A stretch of DNA of 64,000 nt from NCBI GenBank assembly GCA_965112155.1, contig OZ218107.1; one strand, 5' to 3'. Position 1 is the first letter of the stretch; each line of letters begins with the position of its first letter. The position numbers and the translations under genes are program-made. Under the pieces are notes generated by a model that did no database searches, had not been told where the DNA came from, and saw nothing but the letters and a program-made list of their open reading frames with translations. Origin of the DNA: Podarcis liolepis (lineage: Eukaryota). Shown piece by piece: positions 27,362 through 38,770 of the stretch.

Positions 27362-28499
27362 ACTGTCTCAGGAAGACAGAGACAGCCTTTGGAGGTGGAC
27401 CAGGAGGAAAATATTCAGGCACAGCCCTCTCTATCTCGTGCTTAAGGCAGCCCCCTCATTTTGTTAGCTGGTAGGGCTGGCTCTGCAACACTCCATTAAT
27501 AATAATAATAATAAATGTAGAGGGATTTGTTGATTTTGTAATGGGCAACAATCACCTCTGTCCACAGGCTGGAATGAATTCCAAGAGATATAAATACTAC
27601 CCTGTCTCACACAGGGTTTCCCAATTGGATAAATGGGACTTTAGCATGAGTGTCCACTTGTCAGGGCTTTAGTTTTGCTTTAAATGTAGCTGTTGTTTTC
27701 CATAAATCAAAGGTATTAAGAAAGATACTTTTCTGGGCAAAATATTTTTGTTAGGAAAGTGCACTGGAAGAATTTGTAATGAGATTGTCAGACAAAATGT
27801 TGCTTGGAAAAGTTTCCTTGCCCTCTTTCCCTCCTCCTCACCTCCAAAAAAAGGCCTCATTTCTGTTTCCTATCCGAGTAGTTGTCAATTACATACTGCA
27901 GTGTTTCCCAACCTTTTTTGGGCAAAGGCACACTTGTTTCATGAAAAAAATCTCGAGGCACACCACCATGCCAGATGGGGAAAGGTCACTTTTTACTTAT
28001 GTAAAAAAAATAAAAAAAAATAGTAACAGCATAGAAGGTAATGGTAGATGACTGTTAGGGTCTCCCCCCAAATGCAGAATTCTATTAATATCTTCCTTAG
28101 CGAGCCGCGTTAACCCCTGTAATGCTTTCTATAGAGTAAGCATAGGGGACACTGGGGGATGTGGAACCAAGGGGGCAGTGGGCCAAAAGAGTTCGGGATC
28201 TACTGCTTTAAACAGAAATAAGAGCCAGTGGGTTCTTCCTTTTTTAAAGTATCGTTTCAGCGGGGACAGCAGTCCGGATTTCCAAAAAGCGGCGCTTTTT
28301 TGCGTCTGAGCAAAGAAGAGAGAGAGGGGAAAAAAGAGAGAGAGATTGATTTGTGGCTGCGCAAAGGGGGGAGGAGCCCAGGAGTAAAAGTAGGAAGGAC
28401 GAAGGGAGGGGAAAGGAAAGTTAATAGAAGGAAAGGCGGGTGGGAGAGAAAGAGAAAGAAAGAGGGAAGGAAGGGGGGAAGAGAAGTGGAAAGGAGGGA

Positions 28500-29505
28500 G
28501 ACCGAGGCGGGGGAGAAGCGTCTGGAGAGTTGCTCCGAAGTTTGGGGGGCCGCGGGGGTGGGCGCGCGTCCCAGGAGGCGGAGGCCAGCCCGGGCTGGGA
28601 GCCGCGCCGCGGCCCGGGGGCGGTAGGCGGACCGCGGCTCCTAGGATGTGGAAAGGGGACGGCGGCGCAGGGGGAGGAGACCTGCATGGCTAGGGCAGCG
28701 CGCAGGGGGAGGGGAGCGGGCCGGAGGCGGGCGAGGGGGGCCGCGATCCCGCGCGCCGCGAACATGGCCTCCTTCCCCGCGGGCCCTGCCGAGCCCCCCG
28801 GCCGGGGAGGGCGGCGCGCCCCCGCCGCCGGAGGAGAGCAGAGGCAGGAGGAGGAGGAGGACGAAGGCGCTGCCGAGGAGGCGCGCCAACTTCTGCCAAC
28901 TTCGGCGCCCGCCCCGTCGCCGCAGGCTCCTCCCGGCCGAGAGCCAGAGGACGGCGGCGGAGCAGGAGGAGGAGGATCGGGTTTGGCGACGGCTGCTGCG
29001 TCCTCTCCAAGCGCGGGGCTGGCCTCCGCTGCGCCCGATCCTCCGCGCTCGCCGCGCTTCTCGGCGGAGCAGGTCTCGTGCGTGTGCGAGGCGCTGCTGC
29101 AGGCGGGCGACCCCGGCCGGCTGGGCCGCTTCCTGGGCTCGCTGCCGCCCGACGCCGAGGCGCCGTGCCTGGAGGCGCAGGCGGGCGAGAGCCTGGCCAA
29201 GGTGCGCGCGCTGCTGGCCTTCCAGCGCGGCGACTTCGCCGAGCTCTACCGCCTGGTGCAGAGCCGGCGATGGGATGTGGGAGGGAGCTCGCTCGCCGCC
29301 CCGCGTGTGCCTATGTGGGGCACGTTACAGCCCCGTGACGTCAGCGCCACGCAGGCAGCCAGTCAGGCAGACGGCGAGAGCCACGTGCTGGGCGGCCTCT
29401 CCTCGCCGCCGCCGCCCCACCTCTCGCCGCCCGACTCGCCCGCCTCCCTCCCACGGCACACCAGGCAACGTCTCGCGGCACACTAGTGTGCCGCGGAACA
29501 CCGGT
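28500..29505. promoter_or_regulatory. CpG island carried inside the hAT element
   Basis: About 1 kb of very GC- and CpG-rich sequence in an otherwise CpG-depleted region; GC-box-like motifs upstream of the ATG. Confidence 0.8.
28764..29486 (+). pseudogene. SIX5: Truncated SIX5 copy: 168 SIX5-like codons fused in frame to 72 non-SIX5 codons (240 aa ORF), no homeodomain
   Basis: ATG in strong context (aacATGG). EEEE..EEARQLL, RFSAEQVSCVCEALLQAGDPGRLGRFLGSLPP and RALLAFQRGDFAELYRLVQSR match the recalled SIX5 N-terminus and SIX domain. Similarity stops at ~29267; TAG at 29484-29486. Confidence 0.88.
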
Positions 29506-30337
29506 TGGGAAACACTGACATACTGGAAGAAGATTGCCATTCACCATTCCACCCAGCCCTAGCCTGGGTGGAATACCCTAGCCTGGGGCTGAATAGCTGA
29601 GGTTGACTAAATTGCTTCTTGTGGCTTTCTGACTTTAAGCAAATGCCCCTACACAGCTCCACTTCAACATACATATTCAATAGCTTCCGAGAAGAAGGAA
29701 TTGTGAAACTTTGGTGAGATGGGCATTCATTCTTGATGAACATATAAAAGTGAGCCAAAGCTGAACACCTTCCACATCCTCTAGTACTACCCTGTGAAAT
29801 ATGCTGGTTTTTAATTTTTGGAGAACTGTTTTAAGCAGCATGTTTTGTATTTTTTGAAAATATATATGATCCCACCCTCCAGAAAATGTTTAGTTTCAGC
29901 TTTTGGAAGCTCAACAGATAGGTCATTAAATAGCAACTTGCTTTTCACCATTCACTGTGATCATTTTAGGACTATCTCCAACCAACATATGCTTGTCTAT
30001 TATCAAGGTGCAACAGTGTAAAAGAAGACCCTTTGTCTTATCAGTGAGGAAATGGTGTTGCTTTAGAAACCACACTTGAAATTAAATGGCGCAACATGTA
30101 AATATGAAACCTTTATAATAAAATGATACAGACGACATAGAAGTATATAAAAAATAGTTAGCAGGATTAATAATTCACTAACTATTGCATGGTATAAGTC
30201 GCTAACTAATGTGCGTTGCCTGCCATTTAATAGTGGATATATCTGAAGAAATATGGAAATTGGAATAGTTTAATAACTTTCTATATGAAAGATGATGAGA
30301 CTGCCTAAATGATTAAAAGGGAGATATGTTATAATGA

Positions 30338-30469
30338 NNNNNNNNNNNNNNNNNNNNNNNNNNNNNNNNNNNNNNNNNNNNNNNNNNNNNNNNNNNNNNN
30401 NNNNNNNNNNNNNNNNNNNNNNNNNNNNNNNNNNNNNNNNNNNNNNNNNNNNNNNNNNNNNNNNNNNNN
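30338..30469. other. Assembly gap (132 N)
   Basis: N run. Confidence 1.
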
Positions 30470-31659
30470 TAAATTAAACTGTCGAGTTGGAGGAGCTCTC
30501 ATTTTAATTTCCTACACCTGAACCTCAACCAAATCTTCTAAGGGGGCATTTCTTGACTCTGTCTAGGCAGCCAAGTAGTAAACCTGAAAAGAACGTAAGG
30601 GAACTAAAGCCAACTCTCTTTTTCGAATTCTTGATACCAGGGTCTTGTTCGGGAGGCTGAGGGAATTTTTGCCAACATGAATATTTATTTAGCCCAAACT
30701 GCTCACTGCCATAGCATCTATATGACATTAAGAAGATACTTTGCATGCTGTCAAAATATTTATGCATTGCAGATCTTGCCAGAGGGGTTAAATAAGCTAA
30801 AAAATATGGATTTCTTTGAAGTGCAAAAAAAGGAAAAAAGAAGCAGGAGATTTTGAATTCTATGATATTCCCAATGCCTAAGTTCATTTTGTTCTTTCCA
30901 CATACATCAAGGAAGTCCAGCAGTTAAATCCATGGCTCTTTTTCCATTTCTATTATGCAATTTTAAATATTCCATTTTGTTTATATTTTCTTTTCAATCT
31001 ACTGTAGGGATGGGCATTTCTTAAAATTCACCCCACTGATTAAAGTTCTCCCCACCTTTTAAAGTTGTCAGCACAGCCAGCCTTGCTGCTAGCACTGAAC
31101 GTGTCTTTTGAAAAGTATTTGCAAAGCAAGTCTGAGCTTCAGCCTTCACTGCTGGGTGGTTATCTCTGCCTGAATTAAGACAAAAGATCCAGTTGCTGGC
31201 AAGCAGAGGCAGCAAAATGAAAGGACTGCAAAGTCTGCATGGTTAAATAATACTTGCAGGTTCTTAAGTGTTGGCTCTGCCTAGGCCCGATAAAGATTCA
31301 TAGGGATAAGTAGAGTTTGCCCCTGGGTGCCCCTGGAATAAAGACACAAGAAACATGTTGGGGGGTTTTACACGAGCCACAGCTTTATTTAACTACTAGG
31401 CGCTGCAGCCTCTGCTCATGTTGCTCACCAGCCCCATCCTGCTTTGCACTTTCTTACTCCTCAGCCTGCAATGCTGCTGAGATGAAAATGGAAGCCCTGA
31501 TAACACAGCAGCGACTGAGCAGTATGGTTTCTGGGGGGCTGTTGTGGCCTGCCCTGGCGATTCCTCTGCTGCATGTCTGGTCCTGCCACCTATGCCACTT
31601 GCTTGCTTGTCTGCCTGCTGTTCTGTCATCAGGCTGCAGTTGGTGTGGCCACCTATCAC

Positions 31660-32160
31660 AGACCCTCCAAGTGTCCCTATTTCCCAGGGACAGTCCTGGA
31701 TTTACAGAAGCTGTCCTGGTTTCTTGATTTGTTCCCACAGTGCCTGGCTTTTCCTTAAAGGTAAAGGTAAAGGGACCCCTGACCATTAGGTCCAGTTGTG
31801 GCCGACTCTAGGGTTGCGGTGCTCATCTCGCTTTATTGGCAGAGGGAGCCAGCGTACAGTCATGTGGCCAGCATGACTAAGCCGCTTCTGGCAAACCAGA
31901 GCAGCACACGGAAATGCTGTTTACCTTCACGCCGGAGTGGTACCTATTGATCTACTTGCACTTTGACATGCTTTCAAACTGCTAGGTTGGCAGGAGCAGG
32001 GACCGAGCAATGGGAGCTCACGCCGTCGTGGGGATTCAAACCACTGACCTTCTGATCAGCAAGTCCTAGGCTCTGTGGTTTAGACCACTGCGCCACCCGC
32101 GTCCCATGACTTTTCTTTAGGGCATCCCTATTTTGACTGGAAAAATGTTGGAGGGTATGG
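31660..32160. mobile_element. Short TIR element (ACCCTCCAA...TTGGAGGGT) interrupted by a Sauria SINE and followed by an L2-type tail
   Basis: Inverted termini at ~31662 and ~32156; L2 3'-end sequence at ~32200-32290. Confidence 0.55.
31756..32105 (-). mobile_element. Sauria SINE
   Basis: taaaggtaaaggtaaaggg...cgccacccgcgtccc. Confidence 0.94.
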
Positions 32161-34504
32161 AGTTAGGTGACCCCCGAGCCAAGGAGATAAGTAACCTTAC
32201 AACCTTTAGAAGACATATGAAGGCAGCCCTGTATAGGGAAGTTTTTTAAAAAAATGTTTAATGTTTTATTATGTTTTTATGTATGTTGGTGGGTGGTGGT
32301 TTCACAGAGAGTCCCCAAATATAAGTGTCTCTAGCACCCTGTGTTAACATGCCTTAGGCAGCAAAATGTGTTAGGTTGACTTTGCAGGTATTAGTGGAGT
32401 TAGTGCCTCCTATTCTCAGCTGGTGCCCTAGTGCATTCTGAGACTGGCACTGAATATCGCTGATGAGAGCACCAGAAGAGATGTGCTCTCCCTTGTCTGT
32501 TGTCCATGGCAGGTCATCCACCACAAAAGCAATGCAGTTTCTGAAAGCCAGACTAGACTGGATCCTGATAATTTATCACATACATGCTAAGTGATGCTTA
32601 TAGGAAGCCATTCGCAATCTCATGGGCCTATTTTACTAGTCTTCTTTGACTATAAGTTGTTAGATATAATGGGCAAGGTCTGAACATGCAGATGGCAATT
32701 TGCACTGCCCCAGCCACGCTAGTCATATCTGCAGGATGCATAAACGGCTTTAAAACATGTAGTTTAGCTTTAAAATATGGAGATCTAATCCCCATAATAC
32801 TTTTTTCTCACAGCATAAATTTAAGGCTTCAGTCTGAAGTATGGCAAATTTTAAAATTCTGGGTCCAATTATTTTAGCTTTACTGTAAGCAAAGGTTACT
32901 AAATGTGCTATTAATAATAAGAATAGTAAGTAGATACACTTCTTTACCATGCTCTGCAGTCCCAAAGACTCCCAGAACAGCTTTCAGATCAATTAAAAAA
33001 AGTCAGGTTTACAATCTAAAAGACATGACAAAAAGCAAACAAAGTGGGGGGAAAGGGCTGTGTACACACCATACATTTAAAAGCACACGAATCCCTCCAA
33101 AGAATCTTGGGAATTGGTTTGTTGATGGAATTGTAGCTATATGGGGGATAAACTACAGTTCCCAGAATTCTTGTGCTTTCAATGTATAATATGTATGCAG
33201 CCGGGCACAGGAAGAGAAAATGCAAGCAGAGATAAAAATGCACTCAGGCACCAGCTGTTCTTATAATAATGGAACAGGAACAGTTTGCATAGCCTCTCTT
33301 AAGCTGGCCCAAGACATTTTGTGGCGTGAAGCAAAGAACAAGTTTCCTGCTCTCCCCAATTCCATGTACAGAAGCCCACTGAGTTGGCTGTTGAATCTTA
33401 CTTCTACCCTGGCAACAAGGTATAATTATCCAGTGCAGGGCTAGTTTGAGAGGTGCACAACAGGCCAGTGGCTTACATATAGCTCTAAGGGCAAACAGAT
33501 GTGTGTTTGTATGCTGCCCACCATCAGCTGCTGCCTGAAGCACATGTCTCATTTCGCCTGGTGGCAGAGCTGTTCGTATAGCCTGATGGAATGGCTGCAG
33601 CTAGGTGACAGTCGAGGGAGACCCAAAGGCAGCTGGTCTCTCAACAGAGCTAGTCCTACATCTTTAGAAACAGAAACCGGAGAGCAATACTAAGAAGCGG
33701 CCTCCATGGCCTAAGTCTGCAACTTCAGACAGTTATTAATCAGGTACTTTCATTTCATCCAGATGGAGCCTGAAACATGCTGTGTCTGCATGTTTCTTTG
33801 CTCTTTGGCAAGAGTTTGGGGTCTCTGAACAGGGATTTTTAATATATATTTTTTACTAAAAAAAACCCCAACCCCCTTAATTGCTGAAAATATAATATTC
33901 CTCAAATGAGAAATAAAAATCTGTTTTTTGTTAACTACACAAAATGAAGAGCTTTTAACTTGGCAATCACTAGTCTTCATCTAAGAGATATTAATAAGAC
34001 CCCTTCCTAGCATGAGGGGCTCAAAGCAACTGCCTTCTTTTGCTATAGCCCAAATTTTATGTTGCATTTTTTTTTATAAAACAACAATCAACATTAAATA
34101 GATTAGAACTGAAGCAGACCAATAAAACCTACATTGCAGAGAACTACTTAACATATACGTGTTCATGATAGCCAGCTGGAAGGTAAAACCCCAACAAAAA
34201 TACAAAGTGTAAGGAAAATATTGGCATGAAGATTCCTGCATGAAAAATGCCTTTTGTCTGTGCAAGGCAGTTGTTTTCCCCACATAAATGTTGACAAGTA
34301 AAAACACACCAGTAAAAGTATCTCAGATTGCTAGTTCTTAGTAGAAAAAAAGTTTCTGGTGAATTTTCCAGTACAATCCTATACATGTCTATGCATACTT
34401 TAAGTCTCACTGAATGGGCTTACTCCCATGTACATAGGAGAGCAGCAGCTGTGGGAAAAGGAAACTTTCCTGCATGGGATCATTAGGACAGGAATTGAAA
34501 ATAA

Positions 34505-35060
34505 ACTGCTCCTATCATATTGCCATTACACAAAACTATGGTGCAACTGTACTTGAAATACTGTGTGCAGTTCTAATTGAACCACCTAAAAAGGTATATT
34601 GAAAACACAACCAAAATGATCAAGGGGATGGAGTAAATGAGGAAAGTTTACAGCATTTGGGACTTTTTAGTTTAGAGCAGGGTTTCGCAAACTTGGGGTC
34701 TCCAGCTGTTTTTGGACTACAACGCCCATCATCGCTGACCACTGGCCCCCCTAGCTAAGGATGCTGGGAGTTGTAGTCCAACAACAGCTGGAGACCCAAG
34801 TTTGGGAAACCCAGGTTTAGAGAAAAGGCAAGGGAGAGGTGACAGGATAGAGGTTTATAAGATTATGCACGGCATGTAGAAAGTGGATCCAACAAAGCTG
34901 AATGTTGGAAGATTCAGGACAAATAAAAAAGTACTTATTCACGCCACACATATTTAATATGGAACTCGCTCCAACAGGAGGCAGTGAGGGCCATCAACTT
35001 GGATGGCTCTAAAAGAAGATTAGACAAATTGATGGAGGACAAGGCTATCAGGGGCTAGTA
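34505..35060 (+). mobile_element. Degraded CR1 LINE fragment
   Basis: cttgaaatactgtgtgcagttct, tttagtttagag|aaaagg, gattagacaaattgatggagga; frameshifted CR1 ORF2 end. Confidence 0.78.
34678..34814. mobile_element. 137-bp palindromic hAT (Charlie-like) MITE nested in CR1
   Basis: CAGGGTTTCGCAAAC / GTTTGGGAAACCCAG termini, 8-bp TSD GTTTAGAG (34670-34677, 34815-34822), internal ggactacaa/ttgtagtcc arms. Confidence 0.92.
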
Positions 35061-35929
35061 GGCACAATGACTAGGTTCTACTTCCACTCACAGAGCCTCT
35101 GAGTGCCAGTTGTTGGGAGTTGCAAGTAGGCAAGGTGTGGTCGAGGTGCTTGCATCTGGTTGGCCACTGTGAGAACATAATACTGGACTAGATGGGCCAC
35201 TGGCCTGATTCAGCAGGCTTGGCTTACTTTCTTAGTAGGATTCCATCCTACGTCTAGCAGGTGGTTTAACGTGGCGGCAGGTGGCTAAGCAGGTAAGTTG
35301 CACGTTTAATGTGCATTTTTCATTTTCTTTTTCTTTTTTTTTAAAAAAAGCATGGACTTAGATGCCTTTGAGTTAAACTTGAAATCAGAAAGATGGCTTA
35401 GAAGTAAAAGAAGTGCTGCCTCAATATTTTATATTCTTTTTGCTTTGTTTTGTTTTGATCTTAAGACATTAGTAATTCTTTAACAGTAGACCAGAGAACT
35501 GACATGTCTTGTGCAGTTTGTTTCAAGGCAATCTTTTCCCAAGCAACTGGTGTCGACTTTTAATGCTGAACACAGCATTTTTAGCATGAAAACCTGTTAA
35601 AAGAGAAAAAGACATGACACATTTCATGTTTCCATTGATCTCACAGGGAAAAATAAAAGTGCTTTTTTGCAACCGAAAACCAATTTTCTTCCAGGAAGGG
35701 ATAGAAGGGGCAAAAAAAATGTTATTCAACTGGAAAGCATATCACGTTATTTTCCCAAACATATCTCAATTACATATTTATGACTATTTATTATCCACCA
35801 ACATTGCAGAATGAAGTTTTGCCTGGTGTGATAAAAGTTTGCTACAGTTATTGCCTTCATTTTCTGATTGCTTTGGGCTCATTACTTGTACAGGCTGAAT
35901 ATTAAGTCTGCCAATAATGATAGCAGAAT

Positions 35930-36966
35930 TGCATTATTTTATTATGCTTTAGCACTCCTACCTCACTTCTCATTTTTTTCATTAATAAATTAAGGATTTT
36001 CAGGCCTAGACAAACTATATGCACTGTTTCATATACCACACAACAACTGTAGGTTGAGTACCGAGTCCACAATCACCAGAAGCAACAACTGACCCTTTTT
36101 CTGATGCGAAACTAACTACTGGGGCTCCTGCCTTAAAATAATCTGCCCAACCCAGCAATATTATAGAAAATCTGCTGAAAACTAGAAGAGAGTAAATAAG
36201 CATTCATAGGAATGCTCATAAACTAGTTCACATATTTGACATTTTAAGCAGAGTTCTCAAATATCACGTATGCAAGTGGAATTTAAATTAAAATCAAAGG
36301 AGCCCTTGATCATTTTTCTTAAAGATAAGAAATAATTTATTTCTCTTCAGTCTTCACAAATACCACATATCACCTAGCTACACAACCAATGCCATTAACA
36401 TATCACTGAAGAGTTTCTTACCAACACTTTACTTGGACAAAGACAATTGCAATTTAAAAATTACTGTACAATGTGCTGTTGGATAAAATGCAGTTCTTGA
36501 GCTTCATGAGGAGATGTGGCATGTGGTTTAGAAACAGACAGAACATACAATGTTAAAAAATTTAAACTGCCAAAAAGCAAGAGTAAGGTAGAAAGGATTT
36601 TGTTTTGGCATTGTAGTTTTAGTAAAGTATTAAAAAAGAAATCTAGAGGAAAAGACCCGGTTTTTAACTTCCAGTACATAAAATTGGATACGAAAGTAAT
36701 CAGTTCCTCCTTTTTAAGTTTTGCTTTTTCCTTAAAATAGAAATCAATATTATGAATATATTGCAGAGTAAAGAAAGACTGCAAAATTACCAGTTAACGA
36801 AAATACTATTGTATGAAAAACCAAATGTAAATTTACCAAGTAATTTGCTTACAAAAAAGATCAAACTATAAACAGTCACAAAATATATAAAAAATGCCAC
36901 TTTGAACGAGGCAATTGTACTCTACCGAAACTGGTAGTAGACTTTTTTTTTCCAGAATAGACATAT
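35930..36966 (-). other. PDZRN4: Probable PDZRN4 3' UTR, end uncertain
   Basis: AT-rich and free of recognisable repeats after the stop. Candidate poly(A) signals on minus: AGTAAA ~36428-36433, AATAAA 36336-36341 and 35938-35943. Confidence 0.55.
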
Positions 36967-38493
36967 TCATACTGTAGTAACTGATAAAAAAGCATTGTGT
37001 ACTTTTGTGTCGTCCGGAGATTTAGCACCATGTGTCATAAGTTCCTGGATAGTCATCCAGTTGTCCAAGATCTTCTTGTTCCTCTTTTTCATCATCTTTT
37101 TGTGACTGAGTTCAATGATGTTAATTTCCTTTTTGCCCTCACTGCTGCTTTGAGGGCTCTCTTTAAGACACTCTAGTCTGCTACGCATCATGTATTCCCG
37201 CCGCCGCCTCTGCTCCTTGGCTCGCACCAGGTGCTGCTTCCGTTCCTCTTTGCTCCAGTAACGACCCATCTTCATTTCGCTCATTGTATCATCATCCGTC
37301 GTCATCCCGCTGCGCTCCTCTTTAATCTTTAAGGCACGTTCCTTCAGGATTCTGTCTCTTACAGGTCTTTTGGTGATATACCTCGTCCCGTCGCTCCTTA
37401 TTTTCACTTTCCACTCCATCTTGGGCTCCGTACACTTCTGCGAATCTTTGCACATGTTCACTAGGCTGAGCTGGCTCTGGGCGTATTCCACAGCAGATTT
37501 CTGTTGTATCAGCTGCATATAGCTTTGATAATGCTTAGCGTGTGCAGGGATATTCCCATACCTGTATGAGGAGCCATGATATGGGGACAAATAAGGAATC
37601 TGCTCAGGGCTCTGCCTTTCTTGCTCTGTCGATTTGCTACTTTCTGAAACCGTTTCCTTCTCCTCGACAGAACTGTTTTGTTCAGCAGCTTTGGTTTTGT
37701 TTGGCGTTGTCTCCCTGCCACTCTGCCTCGAAGACAACTGGTTAGCCACAATGGTACTCCTGAGGTTTTTCCTATTGGTGATGCTAATCATCCGCTGGAG
37801 AGAACTGTCAGGGGATCGCTCCACGTTCAACGGAGTGCTTCTGCAGCTCTCTGCTGTGTTGTAAGCGCTGGAACTGTCTTTGTCCGATTTCTCTGGGTGC
37901 TCGATGATGTCGTCCAGTTTCCCCCCTGGAAGGTCTATACTGGTGTTATAATTCCTGAACGTACCACCCTGCAGTGCCCAAATGTCTCCGTACTGGTCTT
38001 TCACTTTTTGAAGCCGGTGAGCCTGCATGATGCTCTGACACTCGAGCTCAATGTTCCTCAGTTCCTCATTGAGCAGCTGCAGCTCATGCTCCACCCCGTC
38101 CTTTTTCCTTCGGTTGCACTCTATGGTACTGCTTGAGTAATACAAGTCATACTCGCCGTGCTTTCGGATCTTACACTTGAGTTCCAGCAGCTGGCGAAAC
38201 CTTTCGCAGTCCTCCTCCTGGTCACCAACAAAATCAGACTCAATGTATTCCCCAGACACTACGCTCTTGTTGCACTGGAGCTCGAGGCTTCCCAGAGTGT
38301 CCGGGCTCTGCCTCGGTTCCTGCTGGGTCTCTGGGGTCGGCTTCTTCTGCTCTTCTGGTGCATTTTCTTGCTCTGAGCTCTCGTCGTTGCGCTGGCTTTC
38401 GTCGGTGGGGCCCACTCCACTGTCTTTCTCGTTGTTGTTAGATGATGAGGTAGCAGTATCTGTTGTGCCGTCTTCCTCTTCGTGCTTTTTGGG
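36967..38493 (-). CDS. PDZRN4: PDZRN4 (LNX4) terminal coding exon, 508 aa + stop
   Basis: Acceptor tttatAG|CCC at 38494-38495 (minus) and TGA at 36967-36969; 1527 nt in frame. Motifs [56 protein letters not shown]; the C-terminus [10 protein letters not shown] matches PDZRN4 rather than PDZRN3 (recalled). Confidence 0.96.
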   Translation of the reverse strand, partial: PKKHEEEDGTTDTATSSSNNNEKDSGVGPTDESQRNDESSEQENAPEEQKKPTPETQQEPRQSPDTLGSLELQCNKSVVSGEYIESDFVGDQEEDCERFRQLLELKCKIRKHGEYDLYYSSSTIECNRRKKDGVEHELQLLNEELRNIELECQSIMQAHRLQKVKDQYGDIWALQGGTFRNYNTSIDLPGGKLDDIIEHPEKSDKDSSSAYNTAESCRSTPLNVERSPDSSLQRMISITNRKNLRSTIVANQLSSRQSGRETTPNKTKAAEQNSSVEEKETVSESSKSTEQERQSPEQIPYLSPYHGSSYRYGNIPAHAKHYQSYMQLIQQKSAVEYAQSQLSLVNMCKDSQKCTEPKMEWKVKIRSDGTRYITKRPVRDRILKERALKIKEERSGMTTDDDTMSEMKMGRYWSKEERKQHLVRAKEQRRRREYMMRSRLECLKESPQSSSEGKKEINIIELSHKKMMKKRNKKILDNWMTIQELMTHGAKSPDDTKVHNAFLSVTTV

Positions 38494-38569
38494 CTATAAA
38501 ATCAAAACGGCCCACAATTAATCTTTATCACAGGTATTAAATTAAATATCTTAAATCAAGTTCTCTTCT

Positions 38570-38770
38570 CTGTAGTCACGCCCACCCTGTGGAACACCCT
38601 CCCATCAGATGTCAAACAGGTAAACAATTACACAACTTTCTGAAGACATCTGAAGGCAGCCCTGTATAGTGAATTTTTTTAAAAAATGTTTTATTGTGTT
38701 TTTATAAATGCTAGTGCCCGGGGCAACCCATTCAGATGGGTGGGGTACAAATGAATAAATTTATTATTAC
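38570..38770 (+). mobile_element. L2-type LINE 3' end
   Basis: ccctgtggaacaccctcccatcagatgtcaa... is the reverse complement of ~19430-19610. Confidence 0.85.

Larger units (their letters stand above)
27899..29517. mobile_element. Non-autonomous hAT-type DNA transposon carrying a captured SIX5 fragment (Pack-hAT)
   Basis: Perfect 15-bp TIRs CAGTGTTTCCCAACC (27899-27913) / GGTTGGGAAACACTG (29503-29517); perfect 8-bp TSD ACATACTG (27891-27898, 29518-29525); subterminal GGCACAC motifs at both ends; no transposase. Confidence 0.95.

Noticed and set aside
28764-29267. Processed (retro) pseudogene of SIX5
   Set aside because: Retrocopies normally keep the 3' end and a poly(A). This keeps only the 5' end plus upstream DNA and has hAT ends. 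Intron loss cannot be tested within one exon.
28440-29486. Native SIX5 gene, or a 348-aa protein starting at 28440
   Set aside because: Similarity ends mid SIX domain with no splice donor or homeodomain downstream, and the fragment lies inside TIRs with a TSD. The 28440 start is GTG; the SIX5-like start is the ATG at 28764.
28228-29562. Overlapping Arg/Ala/Pro-rich ORFs on other frames and strands
   Set aside because: Shadow ORFs from high GC content; no recognisable domains.
36967-38415. Stand-alone 482-aa gene as listed in the ORF track
   Set aside because: It is the spliced last exon of PDZRN4. The frame extends to the acceptor at 38493 and the listed start is an internal GTG.
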